NCBI GenBank assembly: GCA_951406725.2
Contig: OX597818.1
Span: 28,086,001-28,150,000, forward strand
DNA: 64,000 nt
Direction of reading: 5' to 3'
DNA from: Octopus vulgaris
Lineage: Eukaryota
A model generated the notes under the pieces. The model saw only the letters and a program-made list of their open reading frames with translations. It did not search any database and was not told the origin of the DNA. Of this stretch, positions 11,783 through 24,489 are shown piece after piece. Each line of letters starts with the position of its first letter. The stretch's first letter is position 1. Made by a program: the position numbers and the translations under genes.

Positions 11783-11833
<51 letters not shown>

Positions 11834-11837
11834 ATAA

Positions 11838-14740
11838 TCATCATCATCATCTTTTAACGCCTGTTTTCCATGCTGTCATGGATTGGATGGTTCGACTGAG
11901 GGTCTGGGAAGCCAGAAGGCTGCACCAGGCTCTAATCTGATCTGGCAGTGTTTCTACAGCTGGATGCCCTTCCTAACACCAACCACTCTGAGAGTGTAGT
12001 GGATGCTTTTTATGTGCCACTGACACAGGAGCCAGTCAGGGTGAGGGGGCTGGCATTGACCAAATTTGGATGGTGATTTTTATGTGCCACTGGCACAGGG
12101 AGCCAGACAGGCAGCACTGGCATCACCCACAACTACAAATTCTATTTGATTGTGGTTTGATTTGATGTTGTTGTACTTAACTCAATAGGTGTCCTCAAGC
12201 ACAGCATGTCACCCTACAATCCAAAAGGTACTTTTGAGTGGGCTGGTTACGCGACACTGGCATAGGCTACAGATATGATCTCACTTTATTTGCTGGGTCT
12301 TCTCAGTCACAGCATATCTCTAGAGGTCTTGGTCTTTTGCCATTGCCTCTGTGAGGCTCAGCATTCAAAGGTCATGCTTCACCACCTCATCCCTGGGTCT
12401 TCTTCTGCCATGGGTTCCTTCCACTGTTTGGGAGTGGCACTTCTTCACACAGCTCTCCTCATCCATCCTTAGTACGTGACCATACCAGTACAGACGTCTC
12501 TCTTGCATGCCACATCCAATGCTTCTTATGTCCAACGTTTCTCTCAGGGCACTTACACTCTGTCTTGTGTAAACACTGACATTATACATCTAACGAATCA
12601 TGCCAGTTTCATTTCTTTTGAGCCTACGCATGTTGTTAGCCGTCATGGCCCATTTTTCACTACCATGAAGCATGGTGGTTCACACACGTGTTGTACAATC
12701 TACCTTTCACTCTGAGCGAGAGGCCCTTTGTATCCTGTAGGGGGTAGAAGCTTTCTGAACTTTGCCCAGGCTATTCTTATTCTAGTGGCAATGGTTGCTG
12801 AGCAGCCACCCCCACTACAGATTTGGTCACCTAGGTAGCGGAAGCTATCAACTACTTCTAGTTTCTCACCCTGGCATGTGATGGAATCTGTTTTCTGAGC
12901 ATCTGTGGTGTTTATTGCTCCTGTGCATCTGCCACACTGAAAACTATCTTCCTGGTTAATCTTCCTTTGATGTTGCTGCACCTCTTATATGTCCATAGCT
13001 TACAGTGGGTATGTCAAATGGAGTTTCTACCTACATCTTTTCTATAGATCAAATGATGTGTTCACCTTCCTACTTACTAAGACTTTGGTTTTTGCAACAT
13101 TTACTCTATGGCCCTTCGATTCTAAACCTTGCTTCCATACCTGATATTTCTTCTCTAGTTCTGGTAGTGATTCTGCCATAAGGGCCAGGTCATCAGCATA
13201 GAGGAGCTCCCAGGGGCAACCTGCCTTGAATTCCTCTGCTATTGCCTGGAGGACTATGAGGGCTGATCCTTGGTGGACCCCTACTTCTACCCAGAATTCT
13301 TCACTATACTCATTGCCAACCCTAACCTTACTAATGGTACCTCTGTATAGAGATTGTACTGCCCTTATAAACCATTAGTTTCTGTATTTCCCACCAGATA
13401 AGGTTTCTCCAAGTCCACAAAAGCCAAGTATTGGGGTTTATCTTTGGCTAGGTATTTTCCCTGCAGTTGCTGTACCAGGAATATAGCATCAGTGGTGCTT
13501 CTACCTGGGACAAAACCGAATTGCATCTCATCTAAGCATACTTTCTCCCTAATTTGTTGGGCTATGATCCTCTCTATTACCTTCATCACCTGATCCAGTA
13601 GTTTGATACCCCTGCAGTTATTTCTATCTAAAACATCACCTTTACCCTTGTGGCAGTTGACTATGGTGCTGCTATGCCAGTCATTGGTTATGACTCTGTC
13701 ATGAACTACCTGGTTTACAATACGGGTGATAAGGCTATAACCCAAGCTGCCAGATATTTTAAGCATCTTAGCAGTAATTGCTGATGGGTCAGGGGATTTT
13801 CCTAACTTCATATCCTTAATTGCTTTATCTACCAGGGTGCTGTCTATTTGGATAGCTGGTCCCTCTACTGGGTCAACATTTGGCAGGCTGCTCTCCTCCT
13901 CCCATTCATTCTCCACATTCAGTAGTCTTTCATAATGGCTTCACCAAGCCTCTTTCTTTTCAGAATCATTAAAAGCAAGTGCACCATCATCCATGTGGAC
14001 TCATTTCTCTCCTGTGACATCACAATTTTCTCTGACACATTGTCTTGCAATTTGAAATACTTCAGTTCTTTGGTCCTCACATTGCTGGACATTGGCAAAC
14101 TTCTTATCTGCTTCTCACTTGGCTATGTATACCTGTCACCCAGCCTCCCTCCTGGCTATCTGGTACTGTTCCCTGCTACCTCCACTCTTCCAGGCTTTCC
14201 AGGTCTGTTTCTTTGCTCTAATGGCTTTGTCTACCATATTATTCCACCATTACATTAATCTAGGTCTGGAAGGGACTTTGCATCATCCACAGACTTGGTC
14301 TGCGGCACTTAGTAAGCTGTCCCGCAGGAATTTCCAGCTACTCTCTATGTCTGAGGTCTGTAGCTCCTCCTCCATCTCATTAAATTTCTTGATGAGGATG
14401 TCCCTAAATTTATGACCATGTGAAGGGTTCTTTAGCTTCCAAATCCTACTGTTTAAGATTGGTCTGCTTCTTGGCATCCTTCTGGCCTTGAGTCTAAAGT
14501 CACTAATGACTAGTCTATGCTGGGGGGTACATTCTTCACCTAGGAGGGTCTTTCTATTTAAGAGCAACCCTGCGTTCTGGTGTCTGGTGAGGATGAAATC
14601 AATCTGGTTGGCTTCTTGAAGTCAGTGTTGCAAATTAAAAGGTTACATGTATCACAGAACTCCAGCAGCCTGGAGTACCATGACCCCCATGTACACCAGT
14701 GAAGATACTGGATTGCTGTCCAACATGCCCATTAAATCAG
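11838..14740 (-). mobile_element. RTE-clade LINE with complete 3' UTR and (CAT)n tail, degenerate ORF
   Basis: Tail at 11838, 3' UTR to ~12290, ORF fragments LYWYGHV, DSFRYLG, QFGFVPGRSTTDAIF, PQHRLVISDF. Diverged from the copy at 1-2878. Confidence 0.93.
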
Positions 14741-15004
14741 TCCACAAAATATGGTTTTAACTTGTCTGGTGATACTCATAAAAAAAGGGTCCTTGATATA
14801 TCAAGCTACTAATTACATAGAATTTATAGGAGTGTATAAATTATAAATAAAGAGAATAGATATATGATGAATAAAATTTGTTTTACAATTGAATATCCAT
14901 ATTCATCTACAATTGTTTAGAAACAATTATTGTTAAATATGGATATCCAATGGCAAAATAGATTTAATTCCTCATATACTTCTCTTTATTCATAGTTCAT
15001 ATAT

Positions 15005-15754
15005 AAAGAAAGCAGAAAATGGAGATTATATTGATGAACAACACTTGATTTGCATCAATTATTTTTTATCAATTACTAGCAGTATCGCCCGGCGTTGCTC
15101 AGGTTTGTAAGGGAAATAACTATATAAGCATTTTTAGAGATGTAAAGTATAATAGCCATCTCAATATGGCTAACCACAAAGGGGGGGTGTTACTGTAGCT
15201 TTTTACGTTCTGAGATTTAATAATACATTTTTAGAGAGTTACTTCCCTTATATATGCCAAAAATGCATTAAAAATGGGAAAAATTGATGGAAAATTTTTT
15301 TTTAAATCGTAGACTCATCGTAGATGCGCGCTAATACCCAGAAGGGCTTGATATGAATCACGACTATAGGATACCCGGTTTTTTGTGAAACTGCACCACA
15401 AAATGTGGGAGTTGTTAGGAATCTAAATTGTAGGAGACAGACAGCACACAACCTCACTTTTATATATAAAGATTTGCAAAAAGACTGCATTTCATCTAAC
15501 AGCTATTTCTACAGCCAATATTCTTTGAAATTACCATTATGATGCTATGAAAATATTTATCATAGTTGGTAATAAAACCAGTTTGAATCATGGGGCTTCA
15601 TCGGAGTGGAAAATAAATAAATGAAAAGAAGAGATGAGAAAATAAGAAGGAAAAGTTGAATATGATGAGAATCATGTCATGTTGTGTGTAGAGCCATTGG
15701 ACAATAAGTAAATGACCAAATTTTTTTTAAAAGGGGGTATTTATATATATATAT

Positions 15755-15787
<33 letters not shown>

Positions 15788-16490
15788 CACACACCTCTAT
15801 ATGTGTGTGTGTGCGTGCGCCCATATATATGTGTGTATTTATTTGTGTATATATGTATGAACATATTTTAGTGGGAATTTGCATCTGTATACATATTTTT
15901 GCAAATATATCAATTTGTACTTATTAATTTATTAGATATGGAGCTATATATAGCGACTTAATTAATTGGTTGGCTGACTGATTAATTGATTGTTTAGTCA
16001 ATCAATTGTTTAATAAATTTATTTAAATCGCTGATTTGGTGGACTGATTAATTAATTAATGGATTGATTGGTGGCTTTATAAATTTCCAACTTGGTATAA
16101 CTTTCAGATCACTTATTAATCCATTTATTATCTCCCCTTAACCATCAATACTTCTAAACGTCCAACTGGAAAATTTTAAAGTTTTATTGTTATTTTTATT
16201 TATTTTATATCCTACCAGTAGTAAGGGGAAAATTATATTAAATTGATAATTAATTTATTATGATAAATACTATTACTTAGTACTATAAGCATAATCATTA
16301 TTACTAACACTTTATTATATTTCTACTCCTTTAAATATTTTCTTTGCATCATAATGGTAATTCCAAAGAAAATTGGTAGCAGAAACAGCCATTAGATAGG
16401 ATGCAGTCTTTTTGTAAATAATTAATAAGCAACAATTGATGCAAATCAATTGCTGTTCATCAATGTTATCTCCATTTTCTGTTTTTTTTT
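15005..16490. repeat. AT-rich inverted repeat pair, left arm interrupted by a Helitron
   Basis: 15005-15075 plus 15473-15559 is the imperfect reverse complement of 16332-16490. A further imperfect hairpin lies at ~14866-14973. Confidence 0.75.
15076..15472 (-). mobile_element. Non-autonomous Helitron (397 bp)
   Basis: Minus strand begins TCTTTATATATAAAAG, has a (TCTG)-type microsatellite, a subterminal hairpin cctgagcaacgccggg and ends CTAG. Inserted between A15075 and T15473 with no TSD. Confidence 0.88.
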
Positions 16491-17035
16491 AAATTTTCAT
16501 TACTGATAAACTCCTGGTTATCATTGTTTTCACCTATATTTTATGAGCATAACATGTTTGTCCACGTATAAATATAGCTAATATACCAGTAATATTTTGG
16601 ATACTTTTATCCCTTAGATGGTTATTTTATCCTCTAACTCAACTAATACATATATATATTTACTATATGAATGTAAATGTATGTGATTATGTATGTGTGT
16701 TTAGCCCCTGAAAGGTTCTGAAAGGATGTGTCTTTGAGGAATCTGTATCTCAAAGAGAAGTTCATCCACGAATAATAATAAAAATATATATTTTGTGCTA
16801 AGAGAAATAAGTCAACTTTCAGATCAACAACTCGTACCTTCTGTCTGTAACTATCAATCTATATCTCGCTATTATTTACCATACTCTTTATCAATTCCTC
16901 CCTCACCTTCTCTCTTTCTCTGAATGTCTCTGTCTGTCTGTCTGTCTCTCTCTCTGTATATGTATTATCTCTCTTGCATTGCTTTTATTTAGTTTAGAAC
17001 TTCGTCTCATGTTAACCTTCATTTTATCACAGCTA

Positions 17036-18325
17036 CGAGGGACGTTCAATAAGTAATGCCTCTGACCCACTTGCAGTTGTTTGATCTAGCTGAAATTTTG
17101 CATGTGCAATCATTTATATCTCTATAAATTACGTAGCAAATTACAGCTCTGAATTAATTGTGGTTTCTGATTTACAGGTGTTTGAACCGAGTCAAGTGGG
17201 AAATGGAGCCTGTTGAGTGTCGAGCAGTGATCCGGTTTTTGTATTTGAAAGGACGCACACCACGGGAGACTTTTGATGAAATGAAAGTAACTTATGGTGA
17301 TGATGCCCCATCATATGACCTTGTAAAACGCTGGCATCATGAATTCAAACATGGTCGGAACTCTGTGGAAACAGCTCCCAGATCTGGTCGCCCCTTCTGC
17401 CATTGATGAGGCATCTGTCCGTCAAGTTCAGGCTGCCATTTTGGAAGATCAATGCATAATTATTCGCCAAATAGCCCATGAGGTCAAGATTAGTACTGGG
17501 TCTGTGGAAACTATCATTCATGACCATTTGCATATGCAAAAGGTGTCTGCCAGATGGATTTCCAGGTTGCTCACACCTTTCCAGAAGCAAGAACACGTTG
17601 AGTGCTCGAGGGTGAATTTGGAGATGTGCCAAGAAGATGAGTCAAAATTTTTCAAAAGACTGATTACACAGGATGAAACCTGGGTCCATCACTATGATCA
17701 AGAGACCAAAGCCCAGTCAATGCAGTGGAAGCACTGTGACTCACCCCCTCCAAAGAAGGCAAGGGTGCAGCCCTCCGCTGGCAAGGTCATGCTCACAGTC
17801 TTCTGGGACCAGGACGGAGTAGTGATGACAGATTTCCTGGCAAAGGGTACCACAATTGCAGGAGCCTATTATGCTTCACTTTTGAGGAAATTAAGAGAAG
17901 TTATCAAAATCAAGAGGCGGGGCAAGATCAGCAAAGGCATCCTCCTCCTGCAGGACAACGCTCCGATCCACAACTCGCTTGTTGCCAGATCAGAAGCACA
18001 GGCGTATGGCTATGAACTCCTCCCCCATCCCCCTACTTTCCTGACCTTGCACCCTCTGATTTTCACCTCTTCCCAGTCATGAAGTTGTTTTTGAAAGGAA
18101 AGCGTTTTCCAGATGATGCAGCCTTGATTTCTGAAGTCACGTTCAGGTTGGAGGACCAAGCTGGGGTCTTCTACAAAAACGGTCTCCAGAGCTGCATCAA
18201 GCAATGGGAGAAATGCGTAACTCTGGGTGGTTCCTATGTAGAAAAAGACTAATAACTGTGCCAAGTTTCGTTGCTCTACTGCTATGGGAAGTGGGTCAGG
18301 GGCATTACTTATTGAACGCCCCTCG
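17036..18325 (+). mobile_element. Full-length mariner element (1290 bp)
   Basis: TIRs cgagggacgttcaataagtaatgcctctgacccactt / aagtgggtcaggggcattacttattgaacgcccctcg, TA duplication at 17034-17035 and 18326-18327. Confidence 0.96.
17203..18252 (+). pseudogene. Mariner D,D34D transposase with two frameshifts
   Basis: MEPVECRAVIRFL..PRSGRP / ..WISRLL..ITQDETWVHHY..LLQDNAP..HPP / PDLAPSDFHLF..GGSYVEKD*. Frameshifts near 17395 and 18035. Confidence 0.92.
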
Positions 18326-19469
18326 TATCATGTACAAATCCTGTTTTCTGATTGGGTAAAAGTGATTAAACTTTAAAGTTCTGTAACATTGTTCTAATAT
18401 TTTTCTGGAATATCTAAATCACACACGTGGATTCAGCACTTAATTTTAACATTTCTAAATCTTTGATAGCAGCAGAAATATCTTTCAATTTGTCTACTTC
18501 ATTCATTTTTCACTTTTCCATTAATATCTTTCATTCACTATTACTATTTCCCTCCCCCCTCTCTCTCTCTCTCTCATGCACTCATCTTCTTATTATTTCC
18601 TTTAGATTCTCTCAGCCTTATGTTTCCTTTACTTATTGCTTCTAAGAATGTTACTGGTTCTCATTTCAACTATTTTCATTCTTATCAAACTGCTAGTACA
18701 GTAAATGAAAAACATGCTAAGATATACACTGATTTCTTTTCCCCTCCTCTCTTTTATTTTACCACATTCATTCACCCAGTAATACTTTGGTGTTCTAATC
18801 TGCTAAATTCAACTAGCACAAGTTAAATTCTCTTTAATGTTTTTCTCTCTCACATTAAACTTTGTGGTTTGCCTGTTCATGACATTCCCACCCAATCTTG
18901 TTCCCACTACCTTTAAAACCCACACCACCTAAACTAGAAATCTTTCTTCTATCCTTTGGTAACTATTTAACACTTCAATTTCCCACTCTCTTTGACTGTT
19001 TATATTGTTGTCTAGATCATATACTTCATGTTCTATATCCAGTTCCCCCTTACTTTCCTCCTTCTATACCAGGATCCAGACAACAATGGCAATTAATGTA
19101 ATGTTAACAATATTAAAAGCTTATTGATAAAAGTTGGAAACAGTACCTATTGCAGCATATGCAGCAAGTGTTTGAGACTAAATGAATGACAGCAAATCTC
19201 ATGAGTGTAATTCTACCAAGTGCCATCAAACAGCAATCAACTAACAAGCAAACAGCTCTCCTATTCAAGAATTCCCTTCTTCCTATAGTTTCTAGAAATT
19301 TAGGGCTGCAACCATGAATATAAACATAGGACTGCAACCATAAATGATGAAAAGTAGGATCTGGTGAGATTATGAAGATGCTGCAGAAGAGACAACAGGA
19401 TATACTGGATGCAAGAGTTGAGATGGAAAGTATCCCCAACCAAACTCCTTGCAAGCAGGAGAGAGCAGC

Positions 19470-20090
19470 ACAACTCTTCTGGGTGAATAGCAGTGATTGA
19501 GAGGTGTGATAGGCATACTATTAGCTGAGATATAAATAAAATAATTGAAGTAAAGAAAGTGTATTATAGGATAACAAAGATGAGACTAGTTATAGACAAC
19601 TCAACAGCAACTTTTATTTCCACACATGTATCACACAAGATTAACATAAAAATTGAAGAACCACTTCTATATGCTCCTTCTACAGACTATCTCAACAATG
19701 ATTGACAGTGTTTTCATTATTGCAGCTGACAACTTCAATGAACATGTTGGCCAACATGACAATGTTTACCATGATATTAGTGAAGGTTTTGGATATGGTT
19801 TAAGAAATGAGGAGGGTGTAAGGCTCTTAGAATCCTGTGATGCAATTGGTCAAACACATACTTTAAAAAACCAGCCAACCACCTACCAATCTGGTGAACT
19901 CAATTAGTCAGACAAATTAAATTTTCATTTACAAAAGGGCTGGTTTGCTGGTGGAAATGTAGACCTTTCCTAGTGAAGAATACACTCCACAACATAGATT
20001 AGGGACAAGTAACATAAGAGTCAGAGATAAGCAGACAGAGGAATGAAAGATGACTTAGAGAAAGAAAATATGGAAACAAAAAGATGCCAT
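19470..20090 (+). mobile_element. Degenerate RTE endonuclease-region fragment
   Basis: ADNFNEHVGQ..GFGYGLRNEEGVRLLESC..TYQSG matches the APE region of RTE. Confidence 0.75.
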
Positions 20091-20139
20091 TATAGCTTTG
20101 TTAAGCTATACATAAAAATAACCAGAAACAAAAGTGTGT

Positions 20140-20830
20140 CGGTGTTCTGTTTATTTTGCTTTAATCAGCTTCACTGTCAGTGAGAGTATGATTGGCCATT
20201 TCAATCTCCAGACTCTTCTCCTGCCTAACCAGAAGTCCCTTTTCTGAGGACCAGCTCAATAGCCAACAGTGAAAGTTCCTATCAACAGTTTGTCTGTTAT
20301 AAGTCCATGGGCAGTACCCTACACCATAATTAGGAACAAATGTAGAGAAGTTTTAACTGATGCATATAATTGAAAGGAGAAAGATTTAGGCACCTGCAGC
20401 ACAGATGACAACAGTGGATTTTTTAAAAATCTATTACAAAGATCTTTGCTTCTCAAGCATATGGTTTCAAGTTCAGCCTCACTGCACAGTACCTTGGGCC
20501 AGTGTCTTCTAGACTGCTTTATATTAGCAGTTACATTTCCTTTAAATGTGCTTTGCACATTTGTTATTCATCTGTAATATCAGTGTATATTTAGTGATTT
20601 AGTGCTTATTGCTAAAGCTAATTTGTAGTTTTCCTGTAGATATTGAATTCCTGTGTCAATGGAGTATTCCATTTCAATGTCTACATAGTTGTCAATATTA
20701 TTTATTGTACAAAATATACTGTCAGTCACTCCATGAGAAGAGTTGAACTTGAAGATGTCATCTGCATATCTGAAGAAAAAAAGCATAAGAGAGCATTCTA
20801 GTCGGTCCATATATATGATGGTTTGCTAAG
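20140..20830 (-). mobile_element. Degenerate Penelope-like reverse transcriptase fragment, interrupted by a SINE piece (~20420-20510)
   Basis: FFRYADDIF..F..IN..D..V.IEME..D..IQYL resembles the Penelope RT YxDDIF..N..I.FT.E..L.FLD region. Confidence 0.55.
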
Positions 20831-21066
20831 TTAGATTGTTCAGTGAGTATTATGTAATACCTTCTGATTATTGATATCTACAAAGATAATACTGTTTTAT
20901 TTTTCATCTAACTAAAAGTATAAAAACAACACTCATGAAATTGCTATAATCTCAACTCCACTATCCAGCAAAATAAAGATATGTTTTCAAACACACACAC
21001 ACACACATATGCATACTAAAATACATTCATGAATTAACATAATTTTTGTCAATTTTTCTATTTAAG

Positions 21067-21387
21067 TTTTACCAAAATCAGTCACAATCAAGAGTATTTC
21101 TAAAACAGTTCCTGTGGAAAATCAGAACAAAAGTTATGAATGCCTTATTAAAGACACCAACCCTGAATTTTCAGTCTTTTGGTTGATTACTAAGAATGAT
21201 GGAACACAAAAAAATGTTACAAAGTATATTTCAAACAAGTCAAGCAAATCAGGAAAGCTGACTACTTTATCATCAAAACTGACATTAACTCTTAATAAGA
21301 AGTTTAAGAAATTACAGTGTGTTGCATATTTTCCTGGTAAAAATGAATTTGATAACTATTCAGAGGAACTCGATTTGCAAGTGAAAT
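21067..21387 (+). CDS. IgSF receptor exon, Ig domain 2 (C1/C2-like)
   Basis: Acceptor ttttctatttaAG|21067, donor 21387|GTAAGT, 321 nt, phase 1/1. VLPKSVTI..YECLIKDTNPEFSVFW..SSKLTLTL..LQCVAY..LDLQVK. Confidence 0.9.
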
Positions 21388-21862
21388 GTAAGTTTTTACT
21401 TTTTCTCTATATAAAGTACAAACAGCAGATTTGTTCAAAATTTTTACTTGAAATATATGTACATTTCTAAATTAATATCTAACACAACAATGAGAAGATT
21501 ACACAACTTCAACAGTTTTGAAAAGAGATTTTTTTTATTGATTTACATTTTTGTTGTTGTAATGTTGTATCACTGGCCAATAATGAACTAACAGAGCCCC
21601 AAATATATGTGGTAATTTCTGTAATTTGAATAAATTTACTAAAGCATCTACTTCATTGAGTTCTACTTTCCAGAGTATGATGCATAGCTAAGACAAATAT
21701 GTTTTTTAAAAATGTATGTTTTGTCAGTTGCATATCTGCTCCCTTCTCTTTACTTTTAGTTTGTAATAACTTTGTATTGTAGTTCTTGAGAATATTAGAC
21801 ATGTTTTTGTACAGCTGTAACTTTCTTTAGTGCTGATATTCCTGAACAGCCTTTGGAATATA

Positions 21863-23460
21863 CAGTTGTGGCCAAAATGTTCAGAACGGCATTGTTTCAA
21901 TCAGAAAAGTAGGTATAAGTTTTTTATCAAAGTTGTTTTATATTCTATAATTTGCACAGACAATACATACGATATTAATTGTTATTGTCTGAGATTTTAG
22001 TGTAATTTGAGAGGATAATACAAAAGTTATGGATGATTTAATGATTTACTGCAAAACCCATGGTGGCCAAAATTATCAGAACGGTTGAAAAAAATAACAA
22101 AATAATCAAAAATGTCAGAGAATACTGGAATTATTTAATATTTAGTATGAAGCCCTTTAGCTTCAATCACACTTTGACTGCATGAGGAAATTAAATTTTC
22201 AATTTCTAGCTGGGTGATCTTATTCCATTCTTCTTGAAGGGCATTCCATAATTGTTCGGTTGTTTTAGGATTTCTGGCTTTCCAATGTTCTCCTAGAATA
22301 TTCCACACATTTTCAATAGGATTGAGATCTGGGCTTTGAACAGGCCAATCCATAACAATAACCTTTTCAGCCTTGAGGAAGTTCATGACCACCTTAGCCT
22401 TGTGACATGGGGCATTGTCCTGCATGAATATGGCTGGTCGCTAAGTTGAATTTCTCAGCACAGGCAAGACATGATCTTTTACAAGTTGTTTATAAACTCC
22501 TGCTTTTCCATGTAATCACACCAAAGGGCCCACACCATCTCCAGATATCATTCCCCAAACCATGACACTTCCTCCACTGAATTTAACACTAGTCTTAAGG
22601 CATTTAGGCGACAACTTTTCACCTCCTTTTTGACAAACGTACCTTTTCTTATCTGAGCCAAATAACAAACTTAGATTCGTCACTGAAATGCACCATTTGC
22701 CATTTTTCTTGAGACCACAACACATGTTCGGTTGCAAAGGTAAGACGACACTTTTTATTCTTGGAGCTGATCAGTGGCTTCACTGCAGGTGCTCTTGCTT
22801 CTAGGTCATGTTCAACTAAACGACGAGACAGTTTTTCGAGATAAAGTTTTCTTCAGTACAATTCTCATTTCCTGAGAAACAGCAGCAGCAGTTTTAAATC
22901 TGTCCTTTTTAACCAACTTTACCATAGCATTATTTTCTCTCTTGGTCGTTTTTCTTGGCCTACCTGTAGACTGTCTTGCTTCACACGAACCACAATCATC
23001 GTAGACCTTAAACACTTTTTGACTTGTTAACAATCTTTGCAATAGACACAATACTTAAATTATCCTTCTTTCGAAGCTTAATAATCTGCTGACGAATTGG
23101 TAACGGAGTAAATGGCATTATATTAACAAAGTACACTGCAGGTGTTCTTACTAATGTTTAGTAAACGAACCGTCGCGTGAACAAATTCAAAACATTAGAG
23201 TTCGCCAGTCAAATATACTAAAACACGGAGTAAAAGCAACCGTTCTGATCATTTTGGCCGCCATGGGTTTTGCAGTAAATCACTAAATCATCCATAACTT
23301 TTGTATTATCCTCTCAAATTACGCCAAAATCTCAGACAATAACAATTACTATTGTATTTATTGTCTGTGAAAATTATAGAATATAAAACAACTTTGATAA
23401 AAACTTATACCCACTTTTCTGACGAAAACAATGTCGTTCTGAACATTTTGGCCGCAACTG
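21863..23460 (-). mobile_element. Full-length Tc1 element with long IR/DR-type inverted repeats (1598 bp)
   Basis: cagttgtggccaaaatg.. / ..cattttggccgcaactg with TA on both sides. TIRs of ~220 bp (21863-22086, 23238-23460) each carry outer and inner ggccaaaa..cagaacgg direct repeats. Confidence 0.95.
22135..23118 (-). pseudogene. Tc1 D,D34E transposase, frameshifted
   Basis: MPFTPLPIRQQII.., STGRPRKTT, SDESKF, SVMVWG, QDNAPCH, SPDLNPIENVW, GLHTKY* spread over several frames. Confidence 0.92.
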
Positions 23461-24489
23461 TATGGCCATTTGGCAAATTTTTATCTATTCAGCAAAGAAA
23501 ATGTTTTGCAACATTTTACTTTTCTCAACTATGTTGTATGGTGAGTTATACCATGTACTTAGGTATTTTCACTGTGCTTTTTGCATAGTTGTCACATGGC
23601 ATTGGTATATACATTATTCTTTCTTTAGATTGTTTGCCTCATAGATTCTTGCTGCAGTACTCTATAGTCCTGCTGAAGATGGTATTGGAGGGAAGATAAT
23701 GAGCTTGATGGCATTTAATTGTTGGTTACATTCTATATGGATGTACAATATGGTGGTATTTGCTTTCTCTGAGAGCTCTTCAGTTTTAAGCTCAAGTTAA
23801 ACATAAAAACCAGAATGTTTGCCATTGTAAGGTATTAAGCAGAATATTGTAATTATTAGAAGTAATATTTATCACTACATCAATATGGCTGTTTGATGTT
23901 ACTACTGTTTTAACCCCAGGCAAATACCCTGCCAGTTAGTTATTGGTGCAATATTGTAAGCAGATGATGGGATCACAAGATCGAATGGTTTCAAGCTACT
24001 TGTGCTCATCTTCAATTGTGAACACTTGACTGCTAGAAATAACGGATTTGTTCCAGCTTGCTATATATAGAAAAATAAGTAACCATTGGTCACTCATTTT
24101 GCAACAAGCAAAGTAGCTAGTTAGAAAAATCTCAATAAGAGATAAAAATAGTAACCATACAAAGAAGTAATACTTATTGTCACATCATCATTATCATCAT
24201 CGTTATGAGTTTTACTTCTTTTTTGAACTTTGTTTTAATTTCTAGCCGAGTATTTTCCCAACACCTAGGACAAAGAAGCTCACTGTATACATTAGTAGGC
24301 CTTTAAAATAAATACATAAGATTGTTCATTCACAAAGATAAGTTATAGAAAAAGCAAAAAAAAAAATAGAAAGAAAAAAGGGGGAAAGAAGAAAGAAAGA
24401 CAAAAGAAAAAATTCACACCAACAATGCTCTTCTCGATATATGTAATGTACCCATTAAAACAATCTTTGCACTCCTTGCATGGATGGTT

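Noticed and set aside
15570-15612. Minus-strand CCGATGA..CAAACTGGTT hammerhead-like string inside the fold-back
   Set aside because: Two core changes and no convincing stem II or stem I.
17339-18082. SETMAR-like host gene
   Set aside because: No SET domain; bounded by TIRs and TA, so it is a plain mariner copy.
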